A stretch of DNA of 40,971 nucleotides from contig JADHQF010000001.1 of assembly GCA_016778085.1 (NCBI GenBank), positions 1 to 40,971 on the forward strand, written 5' to 3'. Source of the DNA: Luminiphilus sp. (lineage in GTDB: Bacteria; Pseudomonadota; Gammaproteobacteria; Pseudomonadales; Halieaceae). Each line of letters begins with the position of its first letter. Positions within the stretch are counted from its first letter, which is position 1. Under the pieces are notes generated by a model. The model worked only from the letters and a program-made list of their open reading frames with translations, did not search any database and was not told the origin of the DNA. Made by a program: the position numbers and the translations under genes. Below, in pieces: positions 20,037-32,307 of the stretch.

Positions 20037-21560
20037 ATGTGTGGACTGGTAGGTTTGGTCGCAGAGCGGGATGTTGCCGCTGATATCTACGATGCGCTGA
20101 CTATGCTTCAGCACCGCGGTCAGGATGCAGCTGGCATCATGACCTGTTCAGAGGGCAAACTCATGCAGCGCAAGGGCGAGGGCCTTGTGCGCGATGTTTT
20201 TCGTACCAGTCACATGTCACAGCTATTGGGCCGCTTTGGCATCGGACACGTCCGTTATCCCACACAGGGCAGCTCGGGCACTGCATTGGCCCAGCCGTTC
20301 TATGTGAACTCTCCCTACGGTATAGCGCTGGCGCACAACGGCAACCTCACTAATTCCGCGTTTTTATCAGATGAGTTATTCCAGTCAGATCTTCGCCACC
20401 TCAATACAGATTCGGACTCCGAGGTGCTGCTCAATGTGTTTGCCCACGAGCTGCATCGCCTGGGCAAGCTTCAGCCCACTGCCAACGACATTTTTGACGC
20501 CATCAAGGTGGTCCACAAACGCTGCGAGGGCGGTTATGCCGCAGTAGCACTGATTTCCGGTTTTGGTCTGGTGGCATTCCGCGATCCCAACGGCATACGT
20601 CCACTGGTCGTCGGGCAGCGTGAAGGCAAGGCGGGTGGTACCGAGTACATGGTCGCCTCAGAGAGCGTGGCGCTGGACGTGTTGGGTTTCCAGCTACTGG
20701 GCGATGTGCTGCCCGGGGAGGCCATTTGTGTCACTCAGGCCGGTGAACTTCATCGCCAGCAATGTGCCGATTCACCAAAATTAACCCCCTGCATTTTTGA
20801 GCATGTCTATTTCGCACGTCCCGATTCTCTCATCGATAGCATCTCGGTCTATAAGACGCGCATGCGCCAGGGCGCAGCGCTGGCCAAAAAGATTCTGCGC
20901 GAACGACCCGAGAACGATATCGATGTCGTAATTCCCATTCCGGATACCAGCCGAGTTGCGGGGCAGTCGCTGGCCTACGAGTTGGGGGTCAAGTTCCGTG
21001 AAGGTTTTATGAAAAATCGCTACATCGGGCGCACTTTCATCATGCCCGGGCAGAGTGAACGGAAAAAGTCTGTGCGACAGAAGCTCAATGCCGTGCCGCT
21101 GGAGTTTCAGGATAAAACCGTCCTGCTGATTGACGACTCTATCGTGCGGGGCACGACGTGCGGCCAAATTATTCAAATGGCGCGCGAAGCAGGTGCGAGG
21201 CAGGTTTACTTCGCTTCAGCTGCGCCACCGGTGAGATTCCCCAACGTGTATGGCATCGACATGCCCGCAGCCACCGAGCTGATTGCCCACGGTAGAACCG
21301 TCGAGGAGGTGCGCGAGGAAATCGGTGCAGACTGGCTGGTTTATCAGGATCTCGAAGACCTGATCGAATGTTCGCGCGAAGGAAACCCCGAAGTCGACGG
21401 ATTCGAGTCGTCAGTGTTCGACGGCCAGTACCTCGCGGGGAATATTGATGATCAATACTTGCAGTCGATTGAGGCTGCGCGTGCCGATGGTGCCAAGGGG
21501 CGCGGTCCGTTCCCGGGAGCCAGTGAAGGGGCGGTCGTCGGCCTCCACAACGACAACTGA
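20037..21560 (+). CDS. purF: Amidophosphoribosyltransferase
   Basis: N-terminal [46 protein letters not shown]. Confidence 0.98.
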   Translation: MCGLVGLVAERDVAADIYDALTMLQHRGQDAAGIMTCSEGKLMQRKGEGLVRDVFRTSHMSQLLGRFGIGHVRYPTQGSSGTALAQPFYVNSPYGIALAHNGNLTNSAFLSDELFQSDLRHLNTDSDSEVLLNVFAHELHRLGKLQPTANDIFDAIKVVHKRCEGGYAAVALISGFGLVAFRDPNGIRPLVVGQREGKAGGTEYMVASESVALDVLGFQLLGDVLPGEAICVTQAGELHRQQCADSPKLTPCIFEHVYFARPDSLIDSISVYKTRMRQGAALAKKILRERPENDIDVVIPIPDTSRVAGQSLAYELGVKFREGFMKNRYIGRTFIMPGQSERKKSVRQKLNAVPLEFQDKTVLLIDDSIVRGTTCGQIIQMAREAGARQVYFASAAPPVRFPNVYGIDMPAATELIAHGRTVEEVREEIGADWLVYQDLEDLIECSREGNPEVDGFESSVFDGQYLAGNIDDQYLQSIEAARADGAKGRGPFPGASEGAVVGLHNDN

Positions 21561-21563
21561 GTC

Positions 21564-22766
21564 ATGACGAAAGAGACGGGTAAATGGCTTGAAGATGCGG
21601 GGCCTCGCACCCGCGCTATCCGGTCCGGCATCCGGCGGACGCCCGAGGGTGAGCACGCTGAGCCGATCTTTACTTCTTCCAGTTTCCTATTTGATTCGCC
21701 TGAGGATGCCGCGGCAAAGTTTGCCGGTGAGGTCGATGGCAACGTCTATTCCCGCTATACCAATCCGACCGTCAGGGCTTTTGAGGAGCGATTAGCAGCG
21801 CTTGAGCAGGGCGATGCGGCGGTCGCCACCGCGTCGGGGATGTCGGCCATCTTGGCGCTATGCCTTACTCATCTCAAGGCGGGCGATCATGTACTGTGTT
21901 CACGCGATGTCTTTGGCGCCACGGTGGGTCTGTTCCAGAATACGTTGCAGAAATTTGGCGTTGGGGTGAGTTTTGTCCCGCTCACTGATCCCGATCAGTG
22001 GCGCGGGGCGGCCGAGTCGAATACCCGGATGCTCTTTATCGAAACGCCGTCGAATCCGCTCAATGCTGTGGCAGATATTGCCGCACTCGCCCAGATCAGT
22101 CAGGACATTGGCGCCATACTGGCCGTCGACAATTGTTTTTGCTCGCCGGCACTCCAAACGCCCTTGCTGCTGGGTGCTGACATCGTGACCCACTCTGCGA
22201 CCAAGTATCTGGATGGCCAAGGTAGAGTATTGGGTGGTGCTCTGGTGGGGCCAGAGGAATTGATCACGCCGGTAGTGGCGTTCAACCGCTCCTGTGGACC
22301 CACGATGAGCGCGTTTAATGCCTGGGTGATGCTGAAGGGGCTGGAAACGCTGGACCTCAGAATGCGTGCCCATTCTGACAACGCGCAGCGTCTTGCTGAG
22401 TGGCTGGCTGAGCATTCTCTGGTAGAAGCGGTACATTACTGCGGTCTGCCCGACCATCCCGGTCATGCCTTGGCGGTCCGTCAGCAGCAGGGTTTCGGCG
22501 GGGTGCTGGCATTTGAGGTAGCAGGTGGCCGCGAGGCGGCCTGGCAGTTCATCAATGGGACCGAGCTCATGTCGCTCACAGCCAACCTCGGAGACGCCAA
22601 GACCACCATCGTTCATCCAGCATCGACGACCCATGGGCGCCTGACAGCCGAGCAGCGAGGAGCCGCGGGCATCTCCGAAGGGTTGGTTAGGATCGCTGTG
22701 GGCCTTGAGGATCTCGCGGATCTGCAGTCAGACTGTCTGCGGGGCTTCGCTGCGCTGAGTCGCTAG
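21564..22766 (+). CDS. metZ: O-succinylhomoserine sulfhydrylase
   Basis: YSRYTNPTV, ATASGMSAI, ETPSNP, HSATKYLDGQGR, ANLGDAKTT..HPASTTHGR; purF-metZ order as in pseudomonads. Confidence 0.93.
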   Translation: MTKETGKWLEDAGPRTRAIRSGIRRTPEGEHAEPIFTSSSFLFDSPEDAAAKFAGEVDGNVYSRYTNPTVRAFEERLAALEQGDAAVATASGMSAILALCLTHLKAGDHVLCSRDVFGATVGLFQNTLQKFGVGVSFVPLTDPDQWRGAAESNTRMLFIETPSNPLNAVADIAALAQISQDIGAILAVDNCFCSPALQTPLLLGADIVTHSATKYLDGQGRVLGGALVGPEELITPVVAFNRSCGPTMSAFNAWVMLKGLETLDLRMRAHSDNAQRLAEWLAEHSLVEAVHYCGLPDHPGHALAVRQQQGFGGVLAFEVAGGREAAWQFINGTELMSLTANLGDAKTTIVHPASTTHGRLTAEQRGAAGISEGLVRIAVGLEDLADLQSDCLRGFAALSR

Positions 22767-22771
22767 GCCGC

Positions 22772-22795
22772 TACGGTCACTTTTAGGCGACCGTA
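22772..22795. terminator. Hairpin between convergent metZ and acnB
   Basis: TACGGTC-N10-GACCGTA inverted repeat just after the metZ stop; lacks a clear U-tract. Confidence 0.35.
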
Positions 22796-22849
22796 TTCGG
22801 CGTCGCGATCACGCCAGCCCGGCACGCTCAGTCGCACCAGAGGGTGCGG

Positions 22850-25462
22850 TCAGGCGACTTCATCAATAATCGTTGCCGCAATACGCTCGCCGTCCTCGGC
22901 CAGCTTCTGGAAGGCCACAACCTGATCGAAGTTCATATAGCGATAGATCTCATCTGCCATAGAGTCGATCTTGCCGGCGTATTCCAGATACTCGGCAGGG
23001 GTCGGTAGTTTGCCAAGTAGTGCACCGACTGCGGCGAGTTCAGCGGAGGTGAGATACACATTCGCTCCTTCGCCGAGCCGATTCGGGAAGTTACGGGTAG
23101 ACGTCGACAGCACCGTCGATTTCGGTGCGACTCTGGCCTGATTGCCCATACACAGCGAGCAGCCCGGCATCTCGGTCCGCGCGCCAGCCCGCCCGAAAAT
23201 CGCGTAGTAGCCTTCTTCCATAAGCTGATGTTCGTCCATCCGGGTAGGGGGGCAAATCCACATCCTCGTGCTGACGGGTGCGCCATGTGCTTTTAGTAGC
23301 TCACCGGCGGCCCGGAAATGGCCAATGTTGGTCATGCAACTGCCGATAAACACTTCGTCAACCTGATCTCCTTGAACTTCCGAGAGAAGACGCGCATCGT
23401 CGGGGTCATTGGGCGCACAGACAATCGGCTGATCGATTTCTGCCAAATCAATTTCAATCACTGCCGCGTACTCTGCATCTACATCCGCCTGAAGTAGCTC
23501 AGGATTCTCAAGCCAGGCCTCCATATTTCTTGCCCGTCGTTCGAGCGTGCGAGCATCGCCGTAGCGCTCCGCGATCATGGAGCGTAGTAATACAATATTG
23601 GAGCGCAGGTACTCCGCAATGGTGCCTTCCCCGAGCTTGATGGTGCATCCGGCGGCAGATCGCTCTGCCGACGCATCCGACAGTTCAAACGCCTGTTCAA
23701 CGGTCAGCGAATCTAAACCTTCAATCTCAAGAATCCGCCCTGAGAATATGTTTTTCTTACCTTTTTTCTCGACTGTCAGCAGTCCCTGCTGGATCGCATA
23801 GTAGGGAACCGCATGCACCAGATCTCGGAGGGTCACGCCCAGCTGCATCTCGCCCTTGAAGCGGACCAGCACTGATTCGGGCATGTCCAGTGGCATCACC
23901 CCTGTTGCGGCGGCAAAAGCCACCAGGCCGGAGCCCGCGGGAAACGAGATGCCCATGGGGAACCGGGTGTGGGAGTCACCCCCGGTGCCAACGGTGTCCG
24001 GTAACAACATTCTGTTGAGCCAGCTATGGATAATCCCATCTCCAGGGCGTAATGAGACGCCGCCACGGGTCATGATGAAATCAGGCAGCGTGTGCTGCGT
24101 GTCGATGTCGACCGGCTTTGGATAAGCCGCGGTGTGACAAAAGGATTGCATTGTCAGGTCGGCCGAAAAGCCTAAACAGGCGAGATCTTGTAACTCATCC
24201 CGTGTCATCGGCCCTGTGGTGTCCTGTGAGCCCACAGTCGTCATGCGCGGTTCACAGTAGGTGCCGGGTCGAATGCCCTCTACGCCGCACGCGCGCCCCA
24301 CCATTTTCTGTGCCAGCGTGAAGCCTTTGTCAGAGTGCTCTGGGGGCTCTGGGGTGCGAAACAGATCGGTTTCACCTAGCCCCAGCGCCTCTCGCGCCTT
24401 TCCGGTGAGGCCGCGCCCGATAATGAGATTGATGCGCCCGCCTGCGCGGACTTCATCCAGGAGCACGTCGGAGCGTAAGGCAAACTCCGACAGTACGTTG
24501 CCGCTCTCTGACAGGATTTTGCCGTCATAGGGACGGATCTCGATCACATCACCCATGCCGAGCGAATCAACGGGTGCCTCGAATACCAGTGCGCCGGCGT
24601 CCTCCATCGTGTTGTAGAAGATGGGCGCGACCTTGCCGCCAATACAGACGCCACCAGCCCTTTTGTTTGGGATGCCGGGCGTATCTTCACCGAAGTACCA
24701 GAGTACGGAGTTGGTGGCAGATTTGCGCGATGATCCTGTTCCCACTACATCGCCAACAAATGCCACCGGCAGACCTGCCTGCTTGATTGCCTCGATTTGT
24801 TTCAGTGGGCCGGTGACGCCCGGCGCATCAGGTTCAATGCCGTCTCGGGCCATCTTGAACATGGCCAGCGCGTGCAGCGGGATATCGGGGCGCGACCAGG
24901 CGTCGGGAGCGGGGGAGAGGTCATCGGTATTGGTTTCTCCGGTGACTTTGAATACCACCATTTTAAGTGACTCAGGCACCTCGGGGCGTTCGGTGAACCA
25001 TTCTCCGGCCGCCCAGCTCTCCAAAACGGCTTGGGCATTCTTTGATCCGCGGTTTGCCAGCTCTACCACGTCATGAAAGGCGTCAAACACCAGTAACGTC
25101 TGTTTTAGTTCTCTTGCTGCGTGAGTGCCTAGCGCCTCATCGTCGAGTAATCCGACCAGCGTGGCGATGTTGTAGCCACCATGCATGTCGCCCAGTAGGC
25201 GAATGGCATGCTCGCGATCAATCAAATCACAGCTGGTTTCCCCCTTCGCCAGCGCCGACAGAAAGCCGGCTTTGACATATGCGGCCTCATCAACCCCGGG
25301 AGGGACTCGCTCGGTCAGCAGTTCGACAAGAAAGGCCTCCTCGCCCGCTGGTGGGTTCTCCAGCAGTTCCAATAAGTCGGCAACCTGCTCTGGGGATAGC
25401 GGAGCAGGGGGTATATTCTGGGCGGCGCGGTCGGCGACGTGTTGACGGTAGGCTTGCAGCAT
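22850..25462 (-). CDS. acnB: Aconitate hydratase 2 / 2-methylisocitrate dehydratase
   Basis: [80 protein letters not shown]. Confidence 0.98.
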   Translation of the reverse strand: MLQAYRQHVADRAAQNIPPAPLSPEQVADLLELLENPPAGEEAFLVELLTERVPPGVDEAAYVKAGFLSALAKGETSCDLIDREHAIRLLGDMHGGYNIATLVGLLDDEALGTHAARELKQTLLVFDAFHDVVELANRGSKNAQAVLESWAAGEWFTERPEVPESLKMVVFKVTGETNTDDLSPAPDAWSRPDIPLHALAMFKMARDGIEPDAPGVTGPLKQIEAIKQAGLPVAFVGDVVGTGSSRKSATNSVLWYFGEDTPGIPNKRAGGVCIGGKVAPIFYNTMEDAGALVFEAPVDSLGMGDVIEIRPYDGKILSESGNVLSEFALRSDVLLDEVRAGGRINLIIGRGLTGKAREALGLGETDLFRTPEPPEHSDKGFTLAQKMVGRACGVEGIRPGTYCEPRMTTVGSQDTTGPMTRDELQDLACLGFSADLTMQSFCHTAAYPKPVDIDTQHTLPDFIMTRGGVSLRPGDGIIHSWLNRMLLPDTVGTGGDSHTRFPMGISFPAGSGLVAFAAATGVMPLDMPESVLVRFKGEMQLGVTLRDLVHAVPYYAIQQGLLTVEKKGKKNIFSGRILEIEGLDSLTVEQAFELSDASAERSAAGCTIKLGEGTIAEYLRSNIVLLRSMIAERYGDARTLERRARNMEAWLENPELLQADVDAEYAAVIEIDLAEIDQPIVCAPNDPDDARLLSEVQGDQVDEVFIGSCMTNIGHFRAAGELLKAHGAPVSTRMWICPPTRMDEHQLMEEGYYAIFGRAGARTEMPGCSLCMGNQARVAPKSTVLSTSTRNFPNRLGEGANVYLTSAELAAVGALLGKLPTPAEYLEYAGKIDSMADEIYRYMNFDQVVAFQKLAEDGERIAATIIDEVA

Positions 25463-25501
25463 TTACAGCGTCCTTCTACGTGCAGGGTTCTCGGTGCCGG
25501 G

Positions 25502-25604
25502 ATTATAGCGTGGCGACTGTTTTCACCGTTAACGACGGTTTGAATATCCCTCATTCATTCAGCCGATGGACGGGGCGTTGCCTCGATACAGAAACTGCTA
25601 AACT
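25502..25604. promoter_or_regulatory. Divergent promoter region acnB / DUF1289-miaE
   Basis: Minus-strand TATAAT at 25507-25502 for acnB; plus-strand extended -10 TGcTAAACT at 25596-25604. Confidence 0.5.
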
Positions 25605-25624
25605 TCGGTCGCCTCGGAGGAACC

Positions 25625-26113
25625 GTGTCTGACCTCAATCCCATTAGAACACCCTGCATCGGCGTCTGCTCCACCGGTATCGGTGATGCGGTTTGTCGCG
25701 GTTGCAAGCGCTTTGCGCATGAGGTGATCTACTGGAACGGTTATTCGCAGGCACAAAAACAGGCGATTGATGCGCGTCTGGACCGCTTTTTGGCCATGTG
25801 CGTGGCCAACAAGTTTCGAATTGTCGACCAAAAGTTGTTGGATTGGCAGCTGTCGGTGCAGAAAATTCGCCATCAGCCGCATCATGATCCCTACTGCCAT
25901 CTCTTCGCGCTCCTGAAGGCGGGTGCGACACAAATTGCTCAGCCCGAGCAGTACGGGTTTGAGGTATTGCCCAGTTGCAGAGATATGGCACTGGTGGCGC
26001 TCCGAGATCAGATTGATGAGGAATTCTGGATTCTGTCCTCAGCCCACTATGACCGCTACATCGCTACCGGAGATCTGTTTGCGGATCAGTCGCCTCAGGA
26101 GGCCCTCCGGTGA
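25625..26113 (+). CDS. DUF1289 domain-containing protein (putative Fe-S/Cys-rich)
   Basis: TPCIGVCST..DAVCRGCKR..EVI.W motif; GGAGG RBS; divergent from acnB. Confidence 0.85.
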   Translation: MSDLNPIRTPCIGVCSTGIGDAVCRGCKRFAHEVIYWNGYSQAQKQAIDARLDRFLAMCVANKFRIVDQKLLDWQLSVQKIRHQPHHDPYCHLFALLKAGATQIAQPEQYGFEVLPSCRDMALVALRDQIDEEFWILSSAHYDRYIATGDLFADQSPQEALR

Positions 26114-26742
26114 GTGCGGCTGAGGCTTTGGTGGCCGGTATCAAGGAGTTTTTACCTTGCCCCACGCCAGATGCCTGGGTGGCGGTGGCATTGCGGCGCG
26201 AGCAGGAATCGACCCTGCTCATCGATCATGCCAATTGTGAGAAAAAAGCGGCGGCGACGGCTCTGGCGCTCATGAATCGCTATACCGATAACTCGGTGCT
26301 ACTGAATAAAATGTCCCGGCTTGCTCGTGAGGAGCTCCGTCATTTCGAGCAGGTGATCAAGATGATGGCGATGCGTGATATTGCCTATGCGCCGCTTAGC
26401 GCCTCTCGTTATGCTCAGGGACTGCACAAAGGGGTGCGTCGACAGGAGCCAGGAAGGCTGATTGATGCGCTTATTGTAGGCGCGCTCATTGAGGCCCGAT
26501 CCTGCGAGCGTTTTGCCAGACTGGCTCCGGAGCTCGATAGGGAACTGGGTGACTTTTATTTTTCGCTGCTGAAGAGCGAGGCTCGGCATTACGCCGACTA
26601 TCTGCGCTTGGCTGAATCGTTGGCCGACGAGGTCCATTTGGTGGATCGGCTCGATTACTTCCGTGGTCTTGAGGCTGGGCTGGTGAAGGGTGCGGACACT
26701 GAGTTCCGCTTTCACAGCGGCCCTGTCGGGACACGGCATTAG
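26110..26742 (+). CDS. miaE: tRNA 2-methylthio-N6-isopentenyl adenosine(37) hydroxylase
   Basis: LLIDHANCEKKAA, REELRHFEQV, IEARSCERF, SEARHY, RFHSG di-iron motifs. Confidence 0.95.
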   Translation: MSAAEALVAGIKEFLPCPTPDAWVAVALRREQESTLLIDHANCEKKAAATALALMNRYTDNSVLLNKMSRLAREELRHFEQVIKMMAMRDIAYAPLSASRYAQGLHKGVRRQEPGRLIDALIVGALIEARSCERFARLAPELDRELGDFYFSLLKSEARHYADYLRLAESLADEVHLVDRLDYFRGLEAGLVKGADTEFRFHSGPVGTRH

Positions 26743-27452
26743 CCGATAGAAAAGCGCTCTAGGCTGAGCTCGCTGCCTCGCTCGCGGAGTAGCCAGCCCG
26801 CTTTTGCAGTCCAGTCTCCCAATACGATGCGCTCCCCGGCGTCACACTGGTGTCGGTTAGGTCTGTGAGTGTGGCCGTGCACCATTACCGACACATCGGC
26901 ATCGCGCATGGCGGTACTCACTGCACTCTGGTTCACATCCATAATGTCTTCGGGTTTGTTGCTCGCTGCATCAATGCTCATTGATCGCAACTGGCGGGCC
27001 AGCTCACGGCGCTCATCGAGTGACTTCTTCATCATTTCAGTCTGCCACTCGGGGGAGTGAACGAGTTCTCTGAATTGCTGGTAGTCCACATCGTCAGTAC
27101 ACAGGGTGTCGCCGTGGAGCAACAGCGCAGGATGTCCTGCGACGTCTAGCACTGTCTGATCTGGCAAGAGGGCGCCGCCAATGTCACTGGCGAACTGCTC
27201 TCCCAGCATGAAATCGCGATTCCCTCTGCAGAAGAGGATCTCGGTGCCCGAATCTGCGAGTGCGCGGAGCGCTAACCTGATGCGCTCAGCAAGCGGCGAG
27301 TTGTCATCGTCGCCCACCCATGCCTCGAAGATATCGCCGAGCATGACCAGCGAATCGAAGGGGGATTCGTGTTTTAGCAGCGCGACCAGTGCCGCCTCGA
27401 TGTCAGGTGTGTCGTCGCTAAGGTGTAAATCGCTGACAAAAAGTCGGTGCAC
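26739..27452 (-). CDS. lpxH: UDP-2,3-diacylglucosamine diphosphatase
   Basis: SDLHL, LGDIFEAWVGDD, GNRDF, HGDTLCTDD, HGHTHRP, VLGDW; downstream of ppiB. Confidence 0.96.
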   Translation of the reverse strand: MHRLFVSDLHLSDDTPDIEAALVALLKHESPFDSLVMLGDIFEAWVGDDDNSPLAERIRLALRALADSGTEILFCRGNRDFMLGEQFASDIGGALLPDQTVLDVAGHPALLLHGDTLCTDDVDYQQFRELVHSPEWQTEMMKKSLDERRELARQLRSMSIDAASNKPEDIMDVNQSAVSTAMRDADVSVMVHGHTHRPNRHQCDAGERIVLGDWTAKAGWLLRERGSELSLERFSIG

Positions 27453-27462
27453 CGAGCAGCCC

Positions 27463-27972
27463 TTAGTCGTCGATGACGGTCACGCTCTCGATGATGATGG
27501 GCTCGACGGGGACATCTTGATGTCCGGCCTGACCACCGGTTTGCACGCATCTGATCTTATCGAGCACATCCTCGCCGTCGGTCACTTTGCCGAACACGGC
27601 GTATCCCCAGCCCTGCATATTTTCACCGGTATGATTCAAGAAGTCGTTGTCCTGAACATTGATGAAGAACTGCGCGGTTGCGGAATGCGGGTCCTGTGTG
27701 CGTGCCATGGCGATCGTGCCGTGGGCGTTCTTGAGACCATTGTTGGCTTCATTTTCGATCGGAGCCTGCGTCTCTTTTTGCTCCATGTCAGCTGTGAAAC
27801 CGCCGCCTTGAATCATGAAGTTATTGATGACCCGATGAAAAATCGTGCCGTCGTAGAAGCCATCCGCGACATACGACAGGAAATTCTCCACCGTCTTCGG
27901 AGCATTGTCTGCGTCGAGCTCCAGGGTCATGGGGCCGACAGTGGTGGTCATCAGGATATGCGCAGCTGGCAT
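27463..27972 (-). CDS. ppiB: Cyclophilin-type peptidyl-prolyl cis-trans isomerase B
   Basis: [48 protein letters not shown]; no signal peptide. Confidence 0.96.
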   Translation of the reverse strand: MPAAHILMTTTVGPMTLELDADNAPKTVENFLSYVADGFYDGTIFHRVINNFMIQGGGFTADMEQKETQAPIENEANNGLKNAHGTIAMARTQDPHSATAQFFINVQDNDFLNHTGENMQGWGYAVFGKVTDGEDVLDKIRCVQTGGQAGHQDVPVEPIIIESVTVIDD

Positions 27973-28087
27973 GAGTACCTCAGGGGTCTACATCGGGAGG
28001 CGGCATCGTACCTGAGATGGCGAGTGGTTGCGATGCGGAATTTTTGCGGTAAGTGGGAATGCTCCCATGCCAAGCTCGACGCCCAGT

Positions 28088-28096
28088 TGGTATAGT
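28088..28096 (+). promoter_or_regulatory. Extended -10 promoter for glnS-cysS
   Basis: TGgTATAGT about 40 nt upstream of glnS. Confidence 0.5.
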
Positions 28097-28134
28097 ACGC
28101 GGCTCATTTCAGGGCGCTTTGCCTAGGGTTCGGG

Positions 28135-29793
28135 ATGTCCGCGGAGCTTCGCAGTAACTTCTTGCGCACACAGATTCAGGCTGATCTGGAGGCCGCGCGT
28201 GTCGATGCGTTGGTCACGCGGTTTCCACCAGAGCCGAATGGTTTTCTGCATATCGGTCACGCGAAGTCGATCACCGTGAATTTTGGCCTTGCTGAGCAGT
28301 TTGGTGGGCAGTGCCATCTCCGTTTTGACGACACCAACCCCGAGAAAGAAAGTCAGGAGTTTATCGACTCTATTCAGGAAGACGTCCGCTGGTTGGGATA
28401 CCAGTGGGCTGGAGAGGTGCGCTTCGCCTCGAGCTACTTCGAGCAGCTTTACCAGTGGGCTCTGTATCTTGTTGATGAAGGGCTCGCCTATGTCTGCGAT
28501 CTCTCCGCCGAAGAGGCGCGCGAGTATCGGGGCACGTTGACACGGGCAGGGCGGAACAGTCCGTTTCGCGACCGAAGCGTCAACGAGAACCGTGATCTAT
28601 TTGAACGCATGCGCCGGGGCGAATTCGCCGACGGCGAGCGGGCGTTGCGCGCCAAGATCGACATGACCTCGAGCAATATGAATTTGCGCGACCCCATCCT
28701 GTATCGCATTCGGCACGCGGCACATCACCAGACGGGTTCAGAGTGGCCAATCTATCCCACCTATGATTTTGCTCATGGACAGGAGGACGCGATTGAGGGG
28801 ATTACCCACTCTATCTGCACGCTGGAGTTTGAGGACCACCGCCCGCTTTACGATTGGTTCATCGCGAATCTGCCGGTGCCCCATCAGCCGCGACAAATCG
28901 AGTTTGCCCGGCTTAATACCAGCTACACCATCACGAGCAAGCGCAAGCTAAAGGAGTTGGTAGACGAGAATGTCGTCGCCGGATGGGACGACCCCCGCAT
29001 GCCGACTATCGCGGGTCTTCGGCGCAGAGGTTATCCCGCCGCCGCCATACGGCATTTCTGTGAAGAGGTCGGTACCTCCCGCTCTGACGGGACGGTCGAT
29101 GTGGCGATGCTGGAGAGTGCCGTAAGGGACCATCTCAACAAGCACGCGCCCCGGGCGATGTGTGTCATGCAGCCTCTTCGCCTGACGCTGACTAATCTTG
29201 CTGAGCCCATGTTGCTGACCGTGCCTAATCATCCGGCTGACCCAGAATTTGGGAGCCGAGAATTGGAGATGGGCAGTGAGCTCTATATCGACCAGGCCGA
29301 CTTCCGCGAGGAGGCGAACAAGCAGTTCAAGCGCCTGGTGTTAGGTAAGCGGGTCAGGTTGCGCGGCGGATTGGTGATCGAGGCGGAGAGCTGTGAGAAA
29401 GATGCCGACGACAATGTCGTGCGCGTATTGGCCCGATGTGTGACGTCAGTGCCCGGTACCGACCCAGACGACGGTGCGAAACCCAAAGGCGTGATTCAGT
29501 GGGTCTCTGCCGAACATGGATTGTCTGCAACGATCAGGCGTTACGACCGGCTGTTCGCGGTGCCCGAGCCGGGTCGCGAGGACGATATGTTGGCTGCAGT
29601 GAATCCCCACAGCCTTGAGGTGATTGAGGTCGCGATGGTGGAGCCCGGTTTAAGGGAGGCTGAGCCAGAGCAAGTATTTCAGTTTGAGCGTGAGGGGTAC
29701 TTCGTGGCAGACCGTTATGACCATGCCTCGGAGCGTCCGGTTTTTAATATGACCATTGGTCTGCGCGACACTTGGTCGGCAACCCATGCCTGA
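28135..29793 (+). CDS. glnS: Glutamine--tRNA ligase
   Basis: [58 protein letters not shown]. Confidence 0.98.
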   Translation: MSAELRSNFLRTQIQADLEAARVDALVTRFPPEPNGFLHIGHAKSITVNFGLAEQFGGQCHLRFDDTNPEKESQEFIDSIQEDVRWLGYQWAGEVRFASSYFEQLYQWALYLVDEGLAYVCDLSAEEAREYRGTLTRAGRNSPFRDRSVNENRDLFERMRRGEFADGERALRAKIDMTSSNMNLRDPILYRIRHAAHHQTGSEWPIYPTYDFAHGQEDAIEGITHSICTLEFEDHRPLYDWFIANLPVPHQPRQIEFARLNTSYTITSKRKLKELVDENVVAGWDDPRMPTIAGLRRRGYPAAAIRHFCEEVGTSRSDGTVDVAMLESAVRDHLNKHAPRAMCVMQPLRLTLTNLAEPMLLTVPNHPADPEFGSRELEMGSELYIDQADFREEANKQFKRLVLGKRVRLRGGLVIEAESCEKDADDNVVRVLARCVTSVPGTDPDDGAKPKGVIQWVSAEHGLSATIRRYDRLFAVPEPGREDDMLAAVNPHSLEVIEVAMVEPGLREAEPEQVFQFEREGYFVADRYDHASERPVFNMTIGLRDTWSATHA

Positions 29794-31168
29794 CCTACGT
29801 CTTCACAATACCCTAACAGGGGCCAAAGACGTCTTTACGCCCCGCGATCCCGAGCGCGTGACCATGTATGTGTGCGGGCCCACGGTCTACAACTACGTGC
29901 ACATCGGAAATGCGCGCCCGGTCGTGGTGTTTGACTGTCTGTACCGGCTGTTAAGTGTGCTCTATCCGCAGGTCGTTTACGCCCGCAACATCACCGATAT
30001 CGACGACAAGATCATTGACGCAGCTTTTCAGCGCGGCACTGACATTGCTGAAGTCAGCACGGAGTTCACGCAGAAATATCGCGAGGATATGGCGGCTCTC
30101 AATGCGCTTGCGCCCACGATTGAGCCCATGGCCACCGAGCACATCGATGACATGATCACGCTGACAGAGCGATTGATCGCCGAGGGGCACGCTTATGAGG
30201 CCGACGGGCACGCTTTGTTCGCGGTTGAGTCCATGCCCACCTACGGCGCGCTCAGCGGGCGTAAGCTCGAGGATATGATGGCAGGGGCCCGTGTCGAGGT
30301 TGCCGACTACAAGCGCCATCCCGGCGATTTTGTGCTCTGGAAGCCCTCTACCGATCAAGAACCCGGTTGGGATAGCCCCTGGGGCCGAGGGCGGCCGGGT
30401 TGGCACATCGAGTGCTCGGCAATGATTCGAGCACACTTGGGGGAGGCCATCGATATTCATGGCGGTGGTCGCGACCTTATTTTCCCTCATCATGAGAACG
30501 AACGCGCCCAAAGTTGCTGTGCGTATGGTGACGACTTTGTTCGCTATTGGATTCACAACGCTTTTATCGACATGGATGGTGAGAAGATGTCCAAGTCATT
30601 GGGCAACGTGCGAACGGTGAGAGAGCTACTAGAGCGCTTTCCCGGCGAGGTGCTGCGCTTTGCGCTGCTCTCAGCTCATTATCGCTCGGCGCTCAATTTC
30701 TCCGGCGATCTGTTGACTAGCGCTCGAGGCACACTAGATGCGTTTTATGGTGCGCTTCGGCGCCATCGGCATGTGGAGCCTGCGGCACTCGCCGCGGCAG
30801 AAAGCCGCGTATTGAACGCCCTGCTAGACGACATGAATACCCCGGAGGCTGTCGCTGCGCTGCATGCGGCGGCGAGCACTTTAAACAAATCAGATGACCC
30901 TGAAGAAATCGCATTAGCCAAGGCAGAGCTGACGGTAGGCGGCGGCCTGCTTGGATTGCTACAGGCAGACCCCGAGGGTTGGTTTACCGACTCGATGGGG
31001 GAGGAGGGGCCCACTGCAGAAGAGATTGATGGGCTGATCCAAGAGCGGATCGCAGCCAAGTCGAATCGTGACTTTCAGCGGGCCGATGAGATTCGGGATG
31101 ATCTCGAGGCGCAAGGTGTGGTGCTGGAGGACGGTCCCGACGGCACCCAGTGGCGCCGCCGAGGTTAA
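29786..31168 (+). CDS. cysS: Cysteine--tRNA ligase
   Basis: [46 protein letters not shown]; start trimmed to ATG 29786, overlapping the glnS stop. Confidence 0.98.
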   Translation: MPDLRLHNTLTGAKDVFTPRDPERVTMYVCGPTVYNYVHIGNARPVVVFDCLYRLLSVLYPQVVYARNITDIDDKIIDAAFQRGTDIAEVSTEFTQKYREDMAALNALAPTIEPMATEHIDDMITLTERLIAEGHAYEADGHALFAVESMPTYGALSGRKLEDMMAGARVEVADYKRHPGDFVLWKPSTDQEPGWDSPWGRGRPGWHIECSAMIRAHLGEAIDIHGGGRDLIFPHHENERAQSCCAYGDDFVRYWIHNAFIDMDGEKMSKSLGNVRTVRELLERFPGEVLRFALLSAHYRSALNFSGDLLTSARGTLDAFYGALRRHRHVEPAALAAAESRVLNALLDDMNTPEAVAALHAAASTLNKSDDPEEIALAKAELTVGGGLLGLLQADPEGWFTDSMGEEGPTAEEIDGLIQERIAAKSNRDFQRADEIRDDLEAQGVVLEDGPDGTQWRRRG

Positions 31169-31172
31169 CGAT

Positions 31173-32018
31173 CTAGCTCAGTGCTTTCTCGCCTGATTCG
31201 ACGGTCTGCTGAATCAGCGTATTGATGGTCATTGGGCCTACGCCACCCGGCACCGGGGTGATCGCGCTGGCCCGCTCAGCGAGAGGGCCCAGCTCAATAT
31301 CCCCGACGCCACCGGGGTGATACCCCGCGTCGACCACTATGGCGCCATCTTTGATCCAGTCCGCCCAGATGAATTCGGGGCGACCTACAGCGCCCACCAC
31401 AAGATCGGCCTGACGGACGTGGCTCTCGAGGTCGCGCGTTCGGGAATGACAGATGGTGACGGTGGCATTGGCCTCCAGCAGCATCATCGCCATGGGCTTG
31501 CCCAAGATCGGGCTTCTGCCAATCACGACGGCATGCAAGCCTTCGAGGTTCATTTCATAGTGTGCCAGCAGGCGCATGATGCCCTGTGGGGTGGCGCAAC
31601 CATAGGCGGGTTCGCCCATCGCCATGCGCCCAAAGCCTAGGCAGGTCACGCCGTCGACATCTTTCTCGAGGGCAATCATGTCGAAACAGGCGCGCTCGTC
31701 GATCTGCGACGGCACCGGGTGCTGCAGCAGAATGCCGTGCACGTCCGGGTTCTCATTGAGCTGCTCGATTTCTCTCAGGAGGTCGTTGGTGCGGGTAGAG
31801 GCCGGCAGTTCAATCGCCATGGACTCCATGCCGACCCGGCGGCAGGCGTTGCCTTTCATCTTCACGTAGGTGGCTGAAGCCGGATCGTCGCCTACCAGTA
31901 TGGTGGCCAGAACCGGTGTCCTGCCGTCAGATTTTGCCTTCAGCGCTTCAACACGCACGCCGAGTTGTTCTTCTGTTAATTGGGCAACGTGCTTGCCGTC
32001 CAGAATGACTGCCGTCAT
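31173..32018 (-). CDS. folD: Methylenetetrahydrofolate dehydrogenase/cyclohydrolase
   Basis: [44 protein letters not shown]. Confidence 0.97.
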   Translation of the reverse strand: MTAVILDGKHVAQLTEEQLGVRVEALKAKSDGRTPVLATILVGDDPASATYVKMKGNACRRVGMESMAIELPASTRTNDLLREIEQLNENPDVHGILLQHPVPSQIDERACFDMIALEKDVDGVTCLGFGRMAMGEPAYGCATPQGIMRLLAHYEMNLEGLHAVVIGRSPILGKPMAMMLLEANATVTICHSRTRDLESHVRQADLVVGAVGRPEFIWADWIKDGAIVVDAGYHPGGVGDIELGPLAERASAITPVPGGVGPMTINTLIQQTVESGEKALS

Positions 32019-32091
32019 GTGAAATTCCCCTTTAAAAACGGGCGCGATTCTTTCAGAGATTGATCGACGGGGGAAGAAGTTTTGTTACGCA

Positions 32092-32128
32092 TTGCCGACA
32101 ATTCGCAATGCCGGTAAACTGCGCGCCG
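32092..32128 (+). promoter_or_regulatory. Stable-RNA-type sigma70 promoter of the tRNA pair
   Basis: TTGCCG (32092-32097)-N17-TAAACT (32115-32120) followed by GC-rich discriminator GCGCGCCG. Confidence 0.7.
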
Positions 32129-32152
32129 CGCGGGGGCTGAACCCTCCGTCAT

Positions 32153-32229
32153 CGGGGTGTAGCGCAGTCTGGTAGCGCGCCTGCTTTGGGAGCAGGATGT
32201 CGGGGGTTCGAATCCCTCCACCCCGACCA
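32153..32229 (+). tRNA. tRNA-Pro(UGG)
   Basis: Full cloverleaf: CGGGGTG/CACCCCG acceptor, anticodon arm CCTGC-TTTGGGA-GCAGG (TGG at 32187-32189), TTCGAAT T-loop, encoded CCA. Confidence 0.97.
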
Positions 32230-32307
32230 TCTCCTTCCGGTTATGCCACAGTGAAGGAGAGTAGCCTTCGGGTCAGCGCGGTAGCCTCTCCGCTTGCGCT
32301 TCTTGAT

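Noticed and set aside
27181-28095. 304-aa plus-strand ORF, and other long shadow ORFs such as 21900..22634, 29951..30556 and 15371..15940
   Set aside because: They lie antisense to well-supported genes (ppiB/lpxH, metZ, cysS, trpB), have no recognisable motifs, and are expected in GC-rich coding DNA.
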